The notes under the pieces: model-generated
The model's database searches: none
The model's input: the letters and a program-made list of their open reading frames with translations, nothing else
Told to the model about the DNA's origin: nothing
Translations under genes and position numbers: made by a program
NCBI GenBank assembly: GCA_003971905.1
Contig: RSEE01000002.1
Span: forward strand, 186,001 to 250,000
DNA: 64,000 bases
Reading direction: 5' to 3'
Source: Moniliella sp. 'wahieum'
Taxonomy: Eukaryota
Shown here: positions 1 through 12,694 of the stretch, in pieces
Position numbering within the stretch: the stretch's first letter is position 1
Layout: each line of letters opens with the position of its first letter

Positions 1-198
1 CTCCCAACCTGCACGCTCCCAGCCTCAAGCTTTCGCCAGCGACATGCGGCTCCCTGCCCCTCCAGCCTGGATTCGGTGCGCTCGCTAATCGATAACTCAT
101 CGTTCTGCGTAGCTGTGCACAGGAAGCTTGAAGCGACAGCCACCATTGTGCGCACGAGGCTGTACATATCGTAGCCACAACGGAGGCGTGGTGTATAC

Positions 199-256
199 TG
201 AGTACTGAGTACTGAGTACTGAGTCCGCAGTTACTAGTTACTAGTAACTAGTTACT
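199..256. repeat. Heptamer arrays (TGA-GTAC)x3 then (TTA/TAA-CTAG)x3
   Basis: tgagtactgagtactgagtactgagt followed by agttactagttactagtaactagttac; 7-bp period, TNA triplet plus palindromic tetramer. Confidence 0.9.
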
Positions 257-730
257 GCGCATCTCTCCACTGATTAAATTAATGAACGTGAGCGTGTGAG
301 CACACGGCACAGGAGCTAATGCGCTGCCGCGCTGACGACGCCTGGAAGCTACCCAGGCAAACGAGGAGCAAACACGCTTCTGTGAGGCGTCGCTGCACAG
401 GCACCAGTGATGTATGATGCATGATGATGCGCAGCAAAGCGCGCAGACGCCGCACAGAGCGCACAAACAAACCCGCACGGAAACACAAGCGCAAATAGCG
501 TTGGGCCCCCAAATACATACCCACCCTACCCACTCTACTTGGCCGCCACTCCAACTGGGCTCTCGGAACCTCCCTGGTGGAGGAGACACAAATCCAAGAT
601 GCTGCTGATACAGCACGATACATCAGGCCATGGCGCAAGACTCGGCTACTCATCCTGAACTGCTGAATTCAACTGGCGCGCAAGCTAATAAACGAGAGCG
701 ACGGACCGTTCCTCCCACTCAGCCCGGGCA

Positions 731-807
731 CCTGAGCCTCAGGCCTCAGGCTGAGGCGCTGAGGCCCCTCTCTGAGATCCGAGAATCTGAGATTTGAGGA
801 TCTGAGG
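731..807. repeat. Degenerate TCA/TGA-GGCC, -GCGC and -GATC heptamer cluster
   Basis: cctgagcctcaggcctcaggctgaggcgctgaggcc...ctgagatccgagaatctgagatttgaggatctgag. Confidence 0.75.
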
Positions 808-2424
808 GTTCTGTGGCCTCACGCTGCCTCAGCCGGATTGCGCTGTAGCGGAATGCTCTGGCTGAGTATCAAGTGTACTTCTCACACGCTGAAGAGCAGT
901 TCAATGTTGCCCGCTCATCTGTTGGCGGTGGGCGGCGCATCGTACAACGCTTGAAGGAACTGTTGGGTGAAAACCCCCGCGCAATATAGGAGAGGAACTT
1001 TCTGTCGAAGCCATGGGGGGATTTGTTTATCATGGGTGTGGCTGAACCGGCGTAGCAGGGCGCAGTGCGTATATCGATTAGCACCCGCGGCTTCCACGGC
1101 GCCCTCAGCATCTCGATCTTGAAGCTTGAAGCGTATTATTCATCGATGATCATTCGATCATGGCCAATAGCATGGCGGGGAAAACGCATCCAACGATATG
1201 TGGATCCATCGCTTCGAGCTTCGCTGGAAGCTGGGCGTCCAAGGTGTTCCAACAAACGGAGAAGAGCCGGGTGGACCGGGGTGGTCGAGGGGGAATGGGT
1301 TTTCATTGGAAGTTCGAATTGGCACTTTGGCTCCAAGGCCACGCCACCCCACGCTGCGCCACCAACCGAGAGGCGGGGAAACGAGCTTAATGAGCAACTG
1401 GCTTCCTCGAGCCTGTGCACACACCACAGCAAAAGACGGGGTTCGAATGATAAATGAATTAATGAGTCAAGAGTCCAGCCATTGAACGATGTGGGTTGCA
1501 CGGTTTGTCGGGCTACACACGCAATTCCAAGCGGTAAAAAGCAGTAGTGTGCGCCCCGTTGCATCTATGCACGGGTGCTGGGGCGCTAGGCAGCACCGAA
1601 AAGGAATGCGTACTGAATACGGGGTGGTGGGAACTTATTTCCGGTTCCCCGTCCGCGCCACAGCGGTCATTATCATTGTGCCAGAGACCAAAATGTAACC
1701 CGAAATACGCCGCGCCAAGCCTGCGTTGGTCAGCTTTGCATGGCCCCAGGGGAGTAACTAGTAATTCCTGATCGATTATCGAGATTATCGATTATTTCAA
1801 GCTGCAGCAGGTTCAGTCCGGGGACGTTGTACACACCAGCGCCATGCCTAGCATGATGCATGACCACCTGTGGCCACCTGGCCTCACTAACCTCTTAACA
1901 TTACTATTGGAACCAGGTCTCGTACAGTGTCTTTAAAGCTGTGCCACGAGAGGAAAGGCTTGGAGCCAGTGTCTCCTCGACGGGTAAATATGTCCCACCT
2001 CCGTTACCGCACACGGGCAGCGTCAAGCGTTTCTGCGGACTGCACGCACGGCGCCTGTTGAGCTTGGGTTGCCTTGGATCTCAGAGACCTTTTAGGGTAC
2101 TTTTACGCTTGGCTATACAATCGGTTACCGCACTAACTCAGTACGCAGCTGTAGTCACTAGCTAGCCACTGGCATCGCCGGCCACGTGACGTCAAGCTTG
2201 ACAGTGCATGGCCTGAGCCTCAGCCCCAGGCGAGGCTGTACCGGTCACCGGCCTCACCGTCTGACCGCCAGAGGCTGGCTGTGGCTATCAAACGCGGCCT
2301 CCATTGTCCCCGGCAGAGAGATCGATGGATTAAGCAAAACCCACACCTGGGAGCCAGCTGGAGATCGAGGCAGCCGCACCCACACCAGCCGAGCCCATCG
2401 ATACAGCCCTTCCCTTGTCTCCTG

Positions 2425-2555
2425 CGTTGAATATTGACCGGTTGACCATTCAATTGAAAAAGTACGTTGAACGTGCCAGTCAGCAGTCAGCGCTCAGGCG
2501 CTCAGGGACCATCTTGAAGCTTGAAGCTTGATCGCTCAGGCGCGCAGATCTCAGG
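2425..2555. repeat. Mixed TNA-palindrome cluster (ATAT, CCGG, ACGT, GCGC, AGCT, GATC)
   Basis: tga-atat-tga-ccgg; acgttgaacgt; tca-gcgc-tca; ttgaagcttgaagcttga; agatctca. Confidence 0.75.
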
Positions 2556-3260
2556 CAAGGTCGCTCGCTATCCTCTCGACCTACCTGCCTCAACAGGGCA
2601 TTGTTGGACCACGTGCCGATCAAGCGCTGGTTGATGCAAGCGCTCAGCGCTCCTAAACGTAAACCGCACAGCTTGCATCCCCCCCTCCCTGCGCATCAAT
2701 GAAACTTGACTCTTGCAGCTTGGAGCGAAAACAGCGAGAAGCGAGAGATGTGCGAAGCGAAACCCGACATGCGCAGCGAACTGCAACCGAGCAAGGGAAG
2801 AGCAGCAGGGCGCGCAGCTTTGGCCAGCCAGTCACGCTGAGCGCTCAGGCGCCCAGGCGCCTCAGTGGACCCAGTGCCTGCCTCGTATAGGAGGACCGGG
2901 ACCTCTCACGCGCGCATGCATCATGAAGGCTTCGTCGTGTCCAACGTGCAGCTTCTCCCAACCCAGTCTCCGAGCGGCGCTAGTAAAGCTTAAAGCAAGT
3001 AACAAGTAGCCGGCCAAGGTACTCAGTACCTCCTGGCCATGGGCCTGTGCGGGGAAGACGGGATGGGGTAAACTGATCGTATCTATAGGCTTTCGAAGAC
3101 GGCCGTGGAAGGAGGCTGGCGGCCTTAAGAGATTGTCCGTCCCCACCCTACTGATGTTGCCCCCGATATCAACGGTTCGGGTCTACACTTTTCTTCCTAA
3201 AACAGGCCTATAGCCAACAAAAGGAAAGGGTACTAAGAGCCCGTAACCCAACTGCCCGCC

Positions 3261-3303
3261 CTGAGGCCTGAGGCTGAGGCCTGAGGCTCAGGCCTGACCG
3301 TCA
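3261..3303. repeat. TGA/TCA-GGCC heptamer array
   Basis: ctgaggcctgaggctgaggcctgaggctcaggcctga. Confidence 0.85.
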
Positions 3304-3441
3304 ATGAGCCGCGCCTCGATCCATCATCGGTCTGTGGGCGCCATCGTTTTTGTTCTTTTGTGCATGGGTTGCGATCCGAAAGAAGAGAGATGCATGAGAA
3401 TCCGGCGTGAGGCCCAAGGCTCAGGCTGAGCGCTCAGGGCG

Positions 3442-6400
3442 TCAGGTGAGCCGCGAGACGAGGTAACCCATCAACGCTTGTTGTTCGTCCGACGAGACGC
3501 GGAGCAAGATTTCGACCAACTGGCGCCGGACCGTGTCCGAGTGACGTTCGGCGAGCCGAGCGAGCGCGGCGGCGTCCAAGCGCCACAGAATCGCCTCCTC
3601 GGCAGCGGTGACCGTCGCATTGCGCGGTTGACGCGACAGAAACGTCATCTCGCCCGCCACTGTGCCGGGCATCATGCTCTCGTCCATCTGGAAGCCCTCT
3701 TGGGCAAACGAAAAGACCGCCTTGAGCACCCCGCGCTCAATCACATACAGCCCATCTGGCTCGTCCCCGGGCTGCCACAGTTGCGCCCCCGCGCGCAACG
3801 AGATGCGCGTAAAGTACGGCGCAATCGTACTGAAAAACGAAACTGGAAGCGAAGCGTCGGCATAGCCCCGGAACGTGGTCAAGAGTAACTGGTACGGCCC
3901 TTCGGTGGATTTGCCACCAGAGCGACCTAGCGACAGGCGCCGCTCCGCACCGGGCGGAACCGACTCGGATGTCTTGCTGTCCGACGAGAGAGGCAGATGG
4001 GGGAGGTGGTGAGGATGGTGCTGAATGGCAGTGCAAGCGGCCTCGTGGAGCAAACGGTTGCGTGGCGAGGTGGCCAGCGAGTCCTCCCCCCATCCAGGTG
4101 GGCGGACTTTGGAGGGAATGGCTTGGGCCGGGGACGGAGGCGCACTGAGGATCGAGTGCCGCCCCGTCGTCGGCCCACCACGGCCCGCTCCGCCCGCTTG
4201 GTACACTTGCAACAAGTACTCGTTCTCGGTCCATTCCAGAGCCGAGTTGAGGTTGGCAAACACCTCGACTCGGCATTCCTGTTCGGCCCACATGCCCACA
4301 CTTTGCAGCGCCACACCCACCTCACTGGCCGGCGCAACGCCACAGAAAATCAGCACCACCTCTTTGGCTTCGAGCAAGCGCTGGATCCGCGTAAATGCCT
4401 CGGCGGCCGAAAGTCGACGCCGGTCACGAGGGAGAACTACAAAGCAAGGCAAAAGAGGTCAGACACCGTACACACTGCATCCCCAAAGCGAGTGCGTACT
4501 CACATCCACAATCAGGAACCGGATCGGGTTCTGGTCCCAGGCCGCAATGTCCAGCGCGCGACGGATCAACTGTTCCACTCCATTGATCGTGCCAAAGAAG
4601 AGGAAGCCTTGGAGTTTAAGAATTTGGGTCTGGGAGCCTACCACATCAAGGAACCGGCGCTGGGTCATGTGTCTGCGCACGGGAACGGGCAATGGAGCCG
4701 TCAAACACGGCTCGGACCGTCGACCGACGCGAATTTGTACGACAAAGAAGCAGCACGCCAGGATGATCCCGACCACCAGCCCATCCACAAAGTCGCGCAG
4801 GGTCATGACAAAGATGATGACCAAGATGGTCAGGTACTCGCTCCAGCTCACCCTTCCCACCGTGTCCCACAGCGCCTCCTTGACCAGGTCGATCCCAAGA
4901 ACAAAGATCAAGGCGGCAACGACCATGATGGGCAGATAGCCAATCGTCGAAGGCCCGGCGAGAAGAATGATAAACGTGGCCCCGGCCAACATAAACCCAC
5001 TCAGCCGACTGCCGCCACCGACACGGTAAAACAACAGACTGTTAACGTAGGTAATGTAGTTGGGCGAGAGAGAAGAGGGCGCCGGCGGCCAAGTTGCTGA
5101 TTCCGTGGCCGATCAACTCGCGGTCCGTGTCAATGTTGTCCTCTCCTGTGCTGATAGCAAGAGCGGGGATGTTGAGGGGCACGTGGAGGATGCCAAAGAA
5201 GGTCAACGCCGCTTGGGTGGGCAAGGTGGCAGCAAGCGCCTTGAGGCTAGTTTTGCGCAAGTCAATGAATTGGTAAAAACGGTAAAAGGGCGCATCGGCA
5301 GCGGGACCAATGTCAAACACCCACTGGGCGGCTTTGAGGCTCTCCATCGAGTACCCCAGCCCCACGATCGTGACAAAGTAAAAGACGACAGGGATGGTGA
5401 AGAAATAGATGGGGAAGATGAGCGGGCCATCAAACTTGTGGGTAATCACCCTCAGCAAGATAGCCAGACCTAATGGGATGGTCCACAGCGCCACAACATG
5501 ACTCGACTGGAAAAGAAACGAAGGGTCTCCAAGTTCCATTGGAATCCATGCTCGCTCTTGAGCTGGCCAGCCACCTCAAAGCCCGTCACCATCAAAAACA
5601 CCCACTCCACCAATCGCGCCGACAAGCAAATGCCGTGGGATGAATTGAAGCAGCTTGCTCGTGTGCAGCCAGCCCAGAAGCAAAAACGCAATCCCAATGA
5701 ACGTACTCGACAGCGCAAAGGCCACAATCACTGTACTAATCACAGCGGCATCGTCGTTGCCCACCTCCTTCATGATGGTTTTGCTCATGATCGAGTAGAA
5801 AGGGATTACTCAATCATCATTGAACCGTTGCCGCCCCCAAACGCCGAGCCGCCGGCCGAGTAGACAAGCTGAGACGCAATGCACGTGATGAAAAACATTG
5901 ACACGCCGTCCCCGCCAAAACTGCTAAAGAGCGGATACGAGGTGGGGAAGGTGATCATACCATAACTCACTCCGTCCAGGACGTTCATCAAGACCCCGAG
6001 AAGTACGGCGGGAAGGAGGTGAACCGGCTCGGCTGCCGCATGGCGCACGTCGGTCCAGGTCAGCTTCCGAGCCGAGGCAAAAGCCTTGTCAAGAGTGAAC
6101 CGCGTAGAGTCCGCATCGGCCGGGGCGGGACTAGGTGCGCCGTGCTGCAATGGTGGTACCCGTTCCTCCGTATGAGAAGGCAGTAACAAAGTCTGTTCAT
6201 GCGCCTCTCCGTCCGCGTCGCTCGGCGGTGTCGGGCGACAACAGGAACGCTCATACCCGACTCCAACGTGGCCGACTCGTCATTGGTCAAGAGATGGAAG
6301 CCACTGCTGGCCACTTCCAGCTCCTCTTGGGCTTGTGCTAGGGCGCCCGTTCCCAGCGCATGGGAATTGATGCCGGATGAATTGGCATGCGCAGCATGGA

Positions 6401-6966
6401 GCGAAGCAAGTGATGCACGCACGCGGCTCGTGACACGCGCGCTGCCAAGCGAGGATCAAAGGCCGACTTGGACCGGCGAGGATCAGGGCCGGCCAGATCA
6501 TTCGTAGCCCCGTACGAGGGCATACGTGCATGCACCGGGTGGGCCGACTGGCTGCGCGGCCCCATTTCCCCCGTACCAGTCCCAGCAAAGTGCTCGGATG
6601 CATCAGGGGCGCAGCATCGGCGCTGGAGGAGAGCTCGGCCGGCATGCTCTGTTCGGCCTGGTGCACAAGGCGGAGAGACAGGGTACTGGACTGATCGCCT
6701 GGGGCGGCGGGGGCACTGGCATGGGACGAGTGAGAGATGTGAGAAGAAGTGTCAGCATCATCGTACGCTTCCTCGCTTGGCCCCTCGTCCTCGGCCTCCT
6801 CCTCCTCAAACGGCAGGCCGGCCAGCTGGGCGGACTGGTGACGGATGAAGCTGTCCTCGGCCGTGTACGAGGCAGCCAGGTGCGAGCTGGGCGAGTGGGC
6901 ACGGCGGAAGCCACTGCTGTCGCCGCCAAGGGAGAAGCCCGAGTAGCCGGCGCCGGGCGCAGCCAT
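3442..6966 (-). CDS. VSB1: SulP/SLC26-family transporter with STAS and C-terminal cyclic-nucleotide-binding domain (yeast Vsb1/YGR125W-like); spliced, frameshifted in this assembly
   Basis: Fragments read LPAVLLGVLMNVLDGVSYGMITFP, SAFGGGNGSMMIE, ALTFFGILHVPLNIPAL, DTDRELIGHGISN, STAS segment ILKLQGFLFFGTINGVEQ, and cNMP-like LWQPGDEPDGLYVIERG...PGTVAGEMTF. GTGAGT...CTGAC...TAG intron at about 4437-4503. Start uncertain (ATG 6966; an upstream ATG at 7242 is in the same frame). Confidence 0.88.
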
Positions 6967-7477
6967 GGCCACGGCATTGCGCGGCAGAGCCTCCGCGGCC
7001 TCGACGTCGGGCGCGGGGCGGCGGGCGGCGCTGGGGGGCGGGGGGCGGGGGCGAAGCGGTAGGAACGCCCCTCGAGCTGTTCCGGGCGGAGGGGAGGCGT
7101 GGCGCGCGCTCCGGGGGACGCCATGGGTGCGGTGCCAGCGGCTGCTGCTGCCGGGAGAGAAGGCGGCGCGCTGGAAGAATGCGGAGGTGGTGGGTGGCGG
7201 CTGGCGTGGCAGCGCACAGACAAATTCAGCAGGCGTGCTCATGCGTCGCGCACCGGTGAGCTGCCATTGCGCGTGCTGTCCTACTGCTGTGCGCTGCGGT
7301 GCCTGGCAGCGGAGATGACTGGGCTCGTCACACCACCGCCATCACACATCACGTGCCCCTCGCAGGCGCCGCCACTGCTCCTGCGCCTGCTGTTGCCATC
7401 TGCCCTTTCTCGGGCAGACGACTGGACCACCAACCATTCGTCACTTGTCGCATCTCAGATCTCCCAGCACCGGTGGT

Positions 7478-7518
7478 TATCGATTATCGAATTATCGATT
7501 GCTCAGTTACGATCGATC
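7478..7518. repeat. TTA-TCGA heptamer array
   Basis: ggttatcgattatcgaattatcgatt...gatcgatc between two genes. Confidence 0.75.
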
Positions 7519-7729
7519 CATTGCCCGCAAATCATCTTGCTGGTGAGTAGTGACAAGGGAGCACCCCCCCACCCCACTCTCTCTCGCCTGCGCCGAGGGA
7601 GCACTGCAACCGCGAGCGTCGCGCACATGCCCATGTCTTGCCACACTGCATCCCGCCTGGCCGGCCCTGTTGGGCGCTCGCTCCTCCAGCCTCCACTTCC
7701 GCCTCCGCCTCCAACGACCCGCCGCGGTC

Positions 7730-9145
7730 CTAGTCGCGTTCGCGGCTCAGCTGGAGCCAGCGGTTGTCGGGCCACCAGCCGCGCCCGGCGCTCGGGTCGG
7801 GCAGGACCGCTCCGTCGCTCGTGATGGTCTCCTGGTCGTCTACGCGCAGATCCCAAGGCAACGTGCGCGGGTACACCCCCTGCAGCCCCAGTCCGTCCGC
7901 TGGGCACCAGTCCAGCAGCCCAGCGATCCCGGGCGCCGAGGTCTATGGCGGGAAGACGCGTGCGCGGTTCCTTGCTTGCCGTTTGGCCTGGGCGGGTGCG
8001 CACGCCAGTCATGCAGGAATCAGTTAGTGCGTCGGAAGCATACACAGGTGGGACAAGCGTCGTCAGGGTAGGTAGCCAAACGTACCGATAACACTCCATG
8101 GCAGCCATACATGTCCTTGTCAAACAGCGCCAGCTCATTCTCCATTTCGTGGCGGTACTGCTCGGTCATGTCGCTTGCCTTGTCTTCAAAGCCAACAAAG
8201 GTGAAGCGGGGGGGGAACCCACCATGCCCTTGGTGGGCCAGCGCACGGCCTTGGTGTGCAACTTTTCGAACCGCTCCCGGTGCAGCTCGTCTTCCACCAC
8301 AGTGATTCGTTGCGGGTAGTGATTCGTCTTTTCGCGGAACCGCGCGATGGAGTAGACCAAATTTTCGTACGTGTCCAGCGCGTAGATCTCGGTTGTTATC
8401 CGCAACAGGTCCAACTCCGTCTCATTCCCCGCCGTTACACCCGTCGAGAGGGCTTGGGCACTGCTCTTGGTAGACGATTGTCCCGCCCCAGTGTGATCCG
8501 CCCCCGCCTCTTTACCATGTGTTGCGCCCCAGGCAGGACGGGAAGCTTCAGGGGGCTGAGGAGCGCGAGTTGCAGGTAGCTCTCTGCCTCGGTGGCTGGG
8601 GAGTGGGGGCGAGTTTGCCCGCCGGAAAAGATGAGGAGTGAGTTGGGATCTTCGTTGGCAAGCTCGATTCCCCGTTCAATCTGCTTCCAATACCTTTCCA
8701 CCGCGCCGCCCTTTTGGTAGTCCTCCAAGACCCAGTTGGCATCCACAGATCGGCCCTCAAATGATCTCCCAATCCAGATGGCCTGCCCGACCACAACAAT
8801 CAGATGGTCCAAGTTCTCGGTCCCCGGTGCTGGCGCAGGCGCCAGCGCCTTGACCGACTCGGGTAGATCGGAAACCTCGGTCGGAGGGGGCGAGGGGCGG
8901 GGTGATCGATAGGAAGTCCAGTGGCGGAAATTAAGGAATAGAGAGCCAATTCCAAAAGTGATAAGGACGAGGATGCCCAAATTGGTCACCCGGCTGCGAG
9001 CCGCCAGGCGGCCACGCCACCCAGTCTCCTCGGGAGCGTGCAGCACCGACGAATAGCGGGACTGGCGGGAGCGAAAGATGCCGGGGGCGTTCTTGCGCGA
9101 CAGAAAAGAGGTGCGGGCACTGCTCCCTTCAGGCCGGTGCGACAT
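7730..9145 (-). CDS. DUF218-like protein with N-terminal transmembrane anchor (yeast YOR238W-like)
   Basis: TM segment NLGILVLITFGIGSLFLNF; LDHLIVVVGQAIW; LLIFSGGQTR...TEAESY; ITTEIYALDTYENLVYSIARFREKTNHYPQRITVV; DMYGCH; C-terminal LPW. Frameshifts and a probable intron near 8010-8085. Confidence 0.8.
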
Positions 9146-10180
9146 GGCGAGGGGGAGAGCGCAGAGGTAGGCCAGCGCCACGTCAGGAGACAAGCGGTGG
9201 TGGGGACGAGGCCAAATGGGTTGGCCTCGGTCGCTCCCGCCTGGGCTCCACACGAGGAAGTGATGCTTACGTGATGGGGGGGCTGCATTCCGCACCGGGC
9301 GGGTGGGCAGCTGCCCAGCGATCGACAATCCATCAGCTGGAAGCGTGACGCGTGAAGCGTGACCAGCGTGAACAATAGCAGGCGACGGCCAAACCTGAGC
9401 CGCCTCTGCGCTGTCTCTCCGCTGGCATTGTCCTGGGGCCACACCTGTCGAGGATGGGCATGCCTACTGAGTGCTGACTCTACTACTCGGGACTCGTCCC
9501 TCGTCGCGGCCCAACCAGACGCGGGGAAACTCACCGATTTTGGCCGACACGCCGAGCAGCAGACCAACAGCAGCCGCCGTGTGGCAAATCCCTCTGCCTT
9601 TCAGTGTTCGAGAGTGTATTTTCGGCGTTCGCATGTCCACCCCCCGCAGACAAGAGCAGGCCTCTAGCCTCTAGCCCTAACCCTTGCACCCTCCCATGCA
9701 TGACCCTCGCATGGAGACACACGCTCGCACATTTCTACTGATTACTCTCGCGATCCCATATAATGACTGAGAGCTGGTGTCCTGATGGTCCTCCGGGGTG
9801 ATGCAATGGCACTAGTGGTAGTGGCGGTTGGGGATCGAAGAAGCCAGCCAACGACACCCCTACAGGGACATCAAAGAGTCTACCGGCCACCGGGTCTGGC
9901 TGCGGGGGGACAAGGAAAACACAGAGAAAGTGAATGGAAACGAACATCGAAGCTCTCCTAGGCCACCAACCGTACTAACCATGGGGCCTCGACCCCGCAG
10001 AGCACAGAGTGGCACCCCTCAACGGCCCCGCACCTCGTTGGGAGGCAGATACGCCCTCTTTCCCCTCCTATGTTGTGGTGCCAGAGTGACGCGCCGCGCG
10101 CGGCGGACGACGCTGTCGCCGAATGTGGTGCCACACCCTTTGAGAGTACACTAGGTGTCCAAGCCCAACACCTTGACCAG

Positions 10181-11240
10181 CATGCAAACCAAACATCCGG
10201 AGACAACGACGGGCGTGGTATGCCCCAGGAATCAGACGCAACCGAGGAGGAAGCGCCCAGGTTGGTCGCTTCGCGTGCCGAAGAAGATGGGAGCAGCGTG
10301 ATGGGCAATGACATGCGGCCGTTTCCAGGGGCCGACTACCGCAGCGAAGGCGACGACACGCCGCTCGTCCATCACTGGAAGAAGCAGTCCTATTAACCCC
10401 CCCCCCGTCTCCTCAACAAGCGCTTCCTCGACGAACGGGATACCGGCAAACCTGCGACGATGGTATGTTTGCCTGGGATCCTTCATTGGCTATCTGACTA
10501 ACGTCAACAATGCCTGCAGATCTGGGCCCTCTTTCGCGATCGAGGTGTGGTGTGCCCCGGATGCGTCGATTACCATCAATACCCATCTGTAGTCTTGCGC
10601 GTGGGACACGCTACGGCGTACGGGGACCGGTCGCTGCTGCTCATTCCTCCTGGCCTCGACCAGAGGGGAGATCTAAGTCGAAGAATTTCTCTTCGGCTCA
10701 CGAGGGTCCTGACCCCCCCTTGGCACGCTATTCGGCTTGATCTAATGTATTAAGTGCGCCTCCTCTTCCACCATGCCCAGGAACACTGCTAATCCTCCTA
10801 AGGCCTAACCCTTCCAGTACCGTAATCCAGTTCCCCATCCGACACTGTCGGGCAAGACCATCTTCACACTGGATGACTATACCTTTTCGAGACCTGGAAG
10901 ACATCGCCCCTGAGCAACGATCTCCAGCCTCATCACAGACAGCTTGGGACGAACACGTTCATCTCATCGATGCTGCACATGCTACCCAACTTGTCTCTTT
11001 GTGCCACATTTGTCATGTCTTTAGTTGGCATGCTGCATGAGCGCTGGCTGGTTGTGCTTACCACTGCCCTCATCCTATTCCCAGTTGCATCCTCCCCCTT
11101 GAGCAGGCGTACGATTGCCTTATCTACAACCTGACTGCTGTGTATATACGCCACAGGTACCGACGAAACGGCATGGGAGAATACGAGTGGATGTGAGGAG
11201 GTGAGTGGGAGCCAGGTAGGCATGTTGTACAACAGAAACT
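10181..11240 (+). CDS. Hypothetical intron-containing gene (orphan); boundaries approximate
   Basis: Canonical intron GTATGT(10463)...CTGACTAAC...TGCAG(10519); further intron-like signals near 10750-10802 and 11109-11156; short ORFs between them with no family recognised. Confidence 0.4.
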
Positions 11241-11336
11241 AGGGGAAGGGGGCCTATCGACCATACCCAGTAGCATCGGCACAAGCAAGGTCCGCTCGGT
11301 GGATATAAGATGGGGGAGCTGCCAATGGCGCTAGAC

Positions 11337-11949
11337 CTAGACTTCTTGTGCCTCCCATGGTTTCAACCGTTTGGGAAGAACGGCAGCCGTCGGTGGTTCT
11401 GGGTTGATCTTTCATCCCCAACCTACGTCAGCGACTCCAGACTCAGAAAGAAGCAAAACGAACTGGGGGGAGGGGGTGGGGGGGGACCTACCTGCAGCGG
11501 AATCTCCCGAATGCCTGGAATCATGTCTGTCCGTCCTGTGCTGATCAACTCGACGATGGCGTCAAAGGAAGGTGGATAGCGCTCGCCTTCGGGCGCACCG
11601 TTCTGGTACGGCGGCTGTGCGTGTGGTTCCTGGGCCGGAGACGGTGCCTCGGCCACGGGGCCGACGGTTGGGCCGACTTCCAGGCGAGATAGTCCTCGTA
11701 AGAAAGGGCTTGGCGACTCTGGAGAGGGTGTGCGAGGGTGTCAGTGAGCCCGCCTCTACGAGCACCCTCGGAGAGGCATACACACTTGCTCGAGAAGTAG
11801 AACGCCTTGGCGCGGTCGACGGTGGCAGCAAGCTCCTGCTCGCTCGCGCCCTGCGCTCGCTGGGCGTCCACAATGCCAGCAATGCCGCGCTGGAACTCGG
11901 CGTCGGCGGACCAGTCGTGGGCGTCAAAGTGGGTGAAGACAGCATCCAT
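11337..11949 (-). CDS. PEX39: PEX39-like peroxin (DUF5572/C6orf226 family, KPWE-motif protein)
   Basis: MDAVFTHFDAHDWSADAEFQRGI...AKAFYFS N-terminal helical domain; YPPSFDAIVELISTGRTDMIPGIREIP; after a GTAGGT...CTGAC...AAG intron the last exon reads INPEPPTAAVLPKRLKPWEAQEV*. Confidence 0.85.
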
Positions 11950-12694
11950 GTCGACGCGGACGACAGGACGACAGGATCGGACGCAGCAGGAGCAGCAGCC
12001 ATGGTGGAGGTGCGGGGGGAAGGCGACACGGGGGGACGCAGTGCTGGTGCTGGGCTGGCGCCGTAGCCAGACGCTAAATGCGCTCAGGCGGAGCCGACGT
12101 CGGGTGGGGCCGGCGAGCGCCTGCGATGCATGATCCATCATCGGTGGCGCAGGGGGCAGCGCTGCGGCAACCCAAGCGGACCTGACATGCATCACAGCAC
12201 ATGCGGGGGGCTGGTGACCCGGTGACGTAAGGCGGCATGCATTGCACCGAGCCCCGAGCAGGTGTCCTCTATCTGGGCTATCCGATGGATGCTGTCTTCC
12301 ACGCGCCGTCCTGCCGACAAGGCATCCACGCCAGGCAGGCGCCAGCCCAACGCAGCCGAGAGCAGCCGAGACAGCCCAGCGGCAGCAGCTCGCTCGTCGT
12401 TGCTGGTCGCTGCTGCCTCGCCTGTCCCTTCCACGCCACGTGGGCTCGCCCGCCTCTGCTTGCTGCCCACCCACACCTCCTCCCCTCGCCATGGCCCACC
12501 GCGCGCCCACCATGCGCGCCGCCACCACTCCGCCGCCCAGGCACCTGTCTCGGGCGCCCAGTCTGGTGCTCCCGACACTGGCCAGCACCGTTGGCAGCGC
12601 CCCCCTCCTCCGCCGCCCTGCACCAGCTCCGGCTCCAGCTCCTGCCCCCGCGGTCACGGCCATGGCCGATGCCAGTGCCGCCAGGCAGGACACG

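Noticed and set aside
869..1700. Short ORFs in the gene-free left end
   Set aside because: No recognisable motifs, splice structure or codon bias; treated as intergenic.
3997..5100. Long plus-strand ORFs opposite the transporter genes (also 42751-43353 and 44420-45874)
   Set aside because: Antisense or GC-rich open frames overlapping well-supported minus-strand genes.
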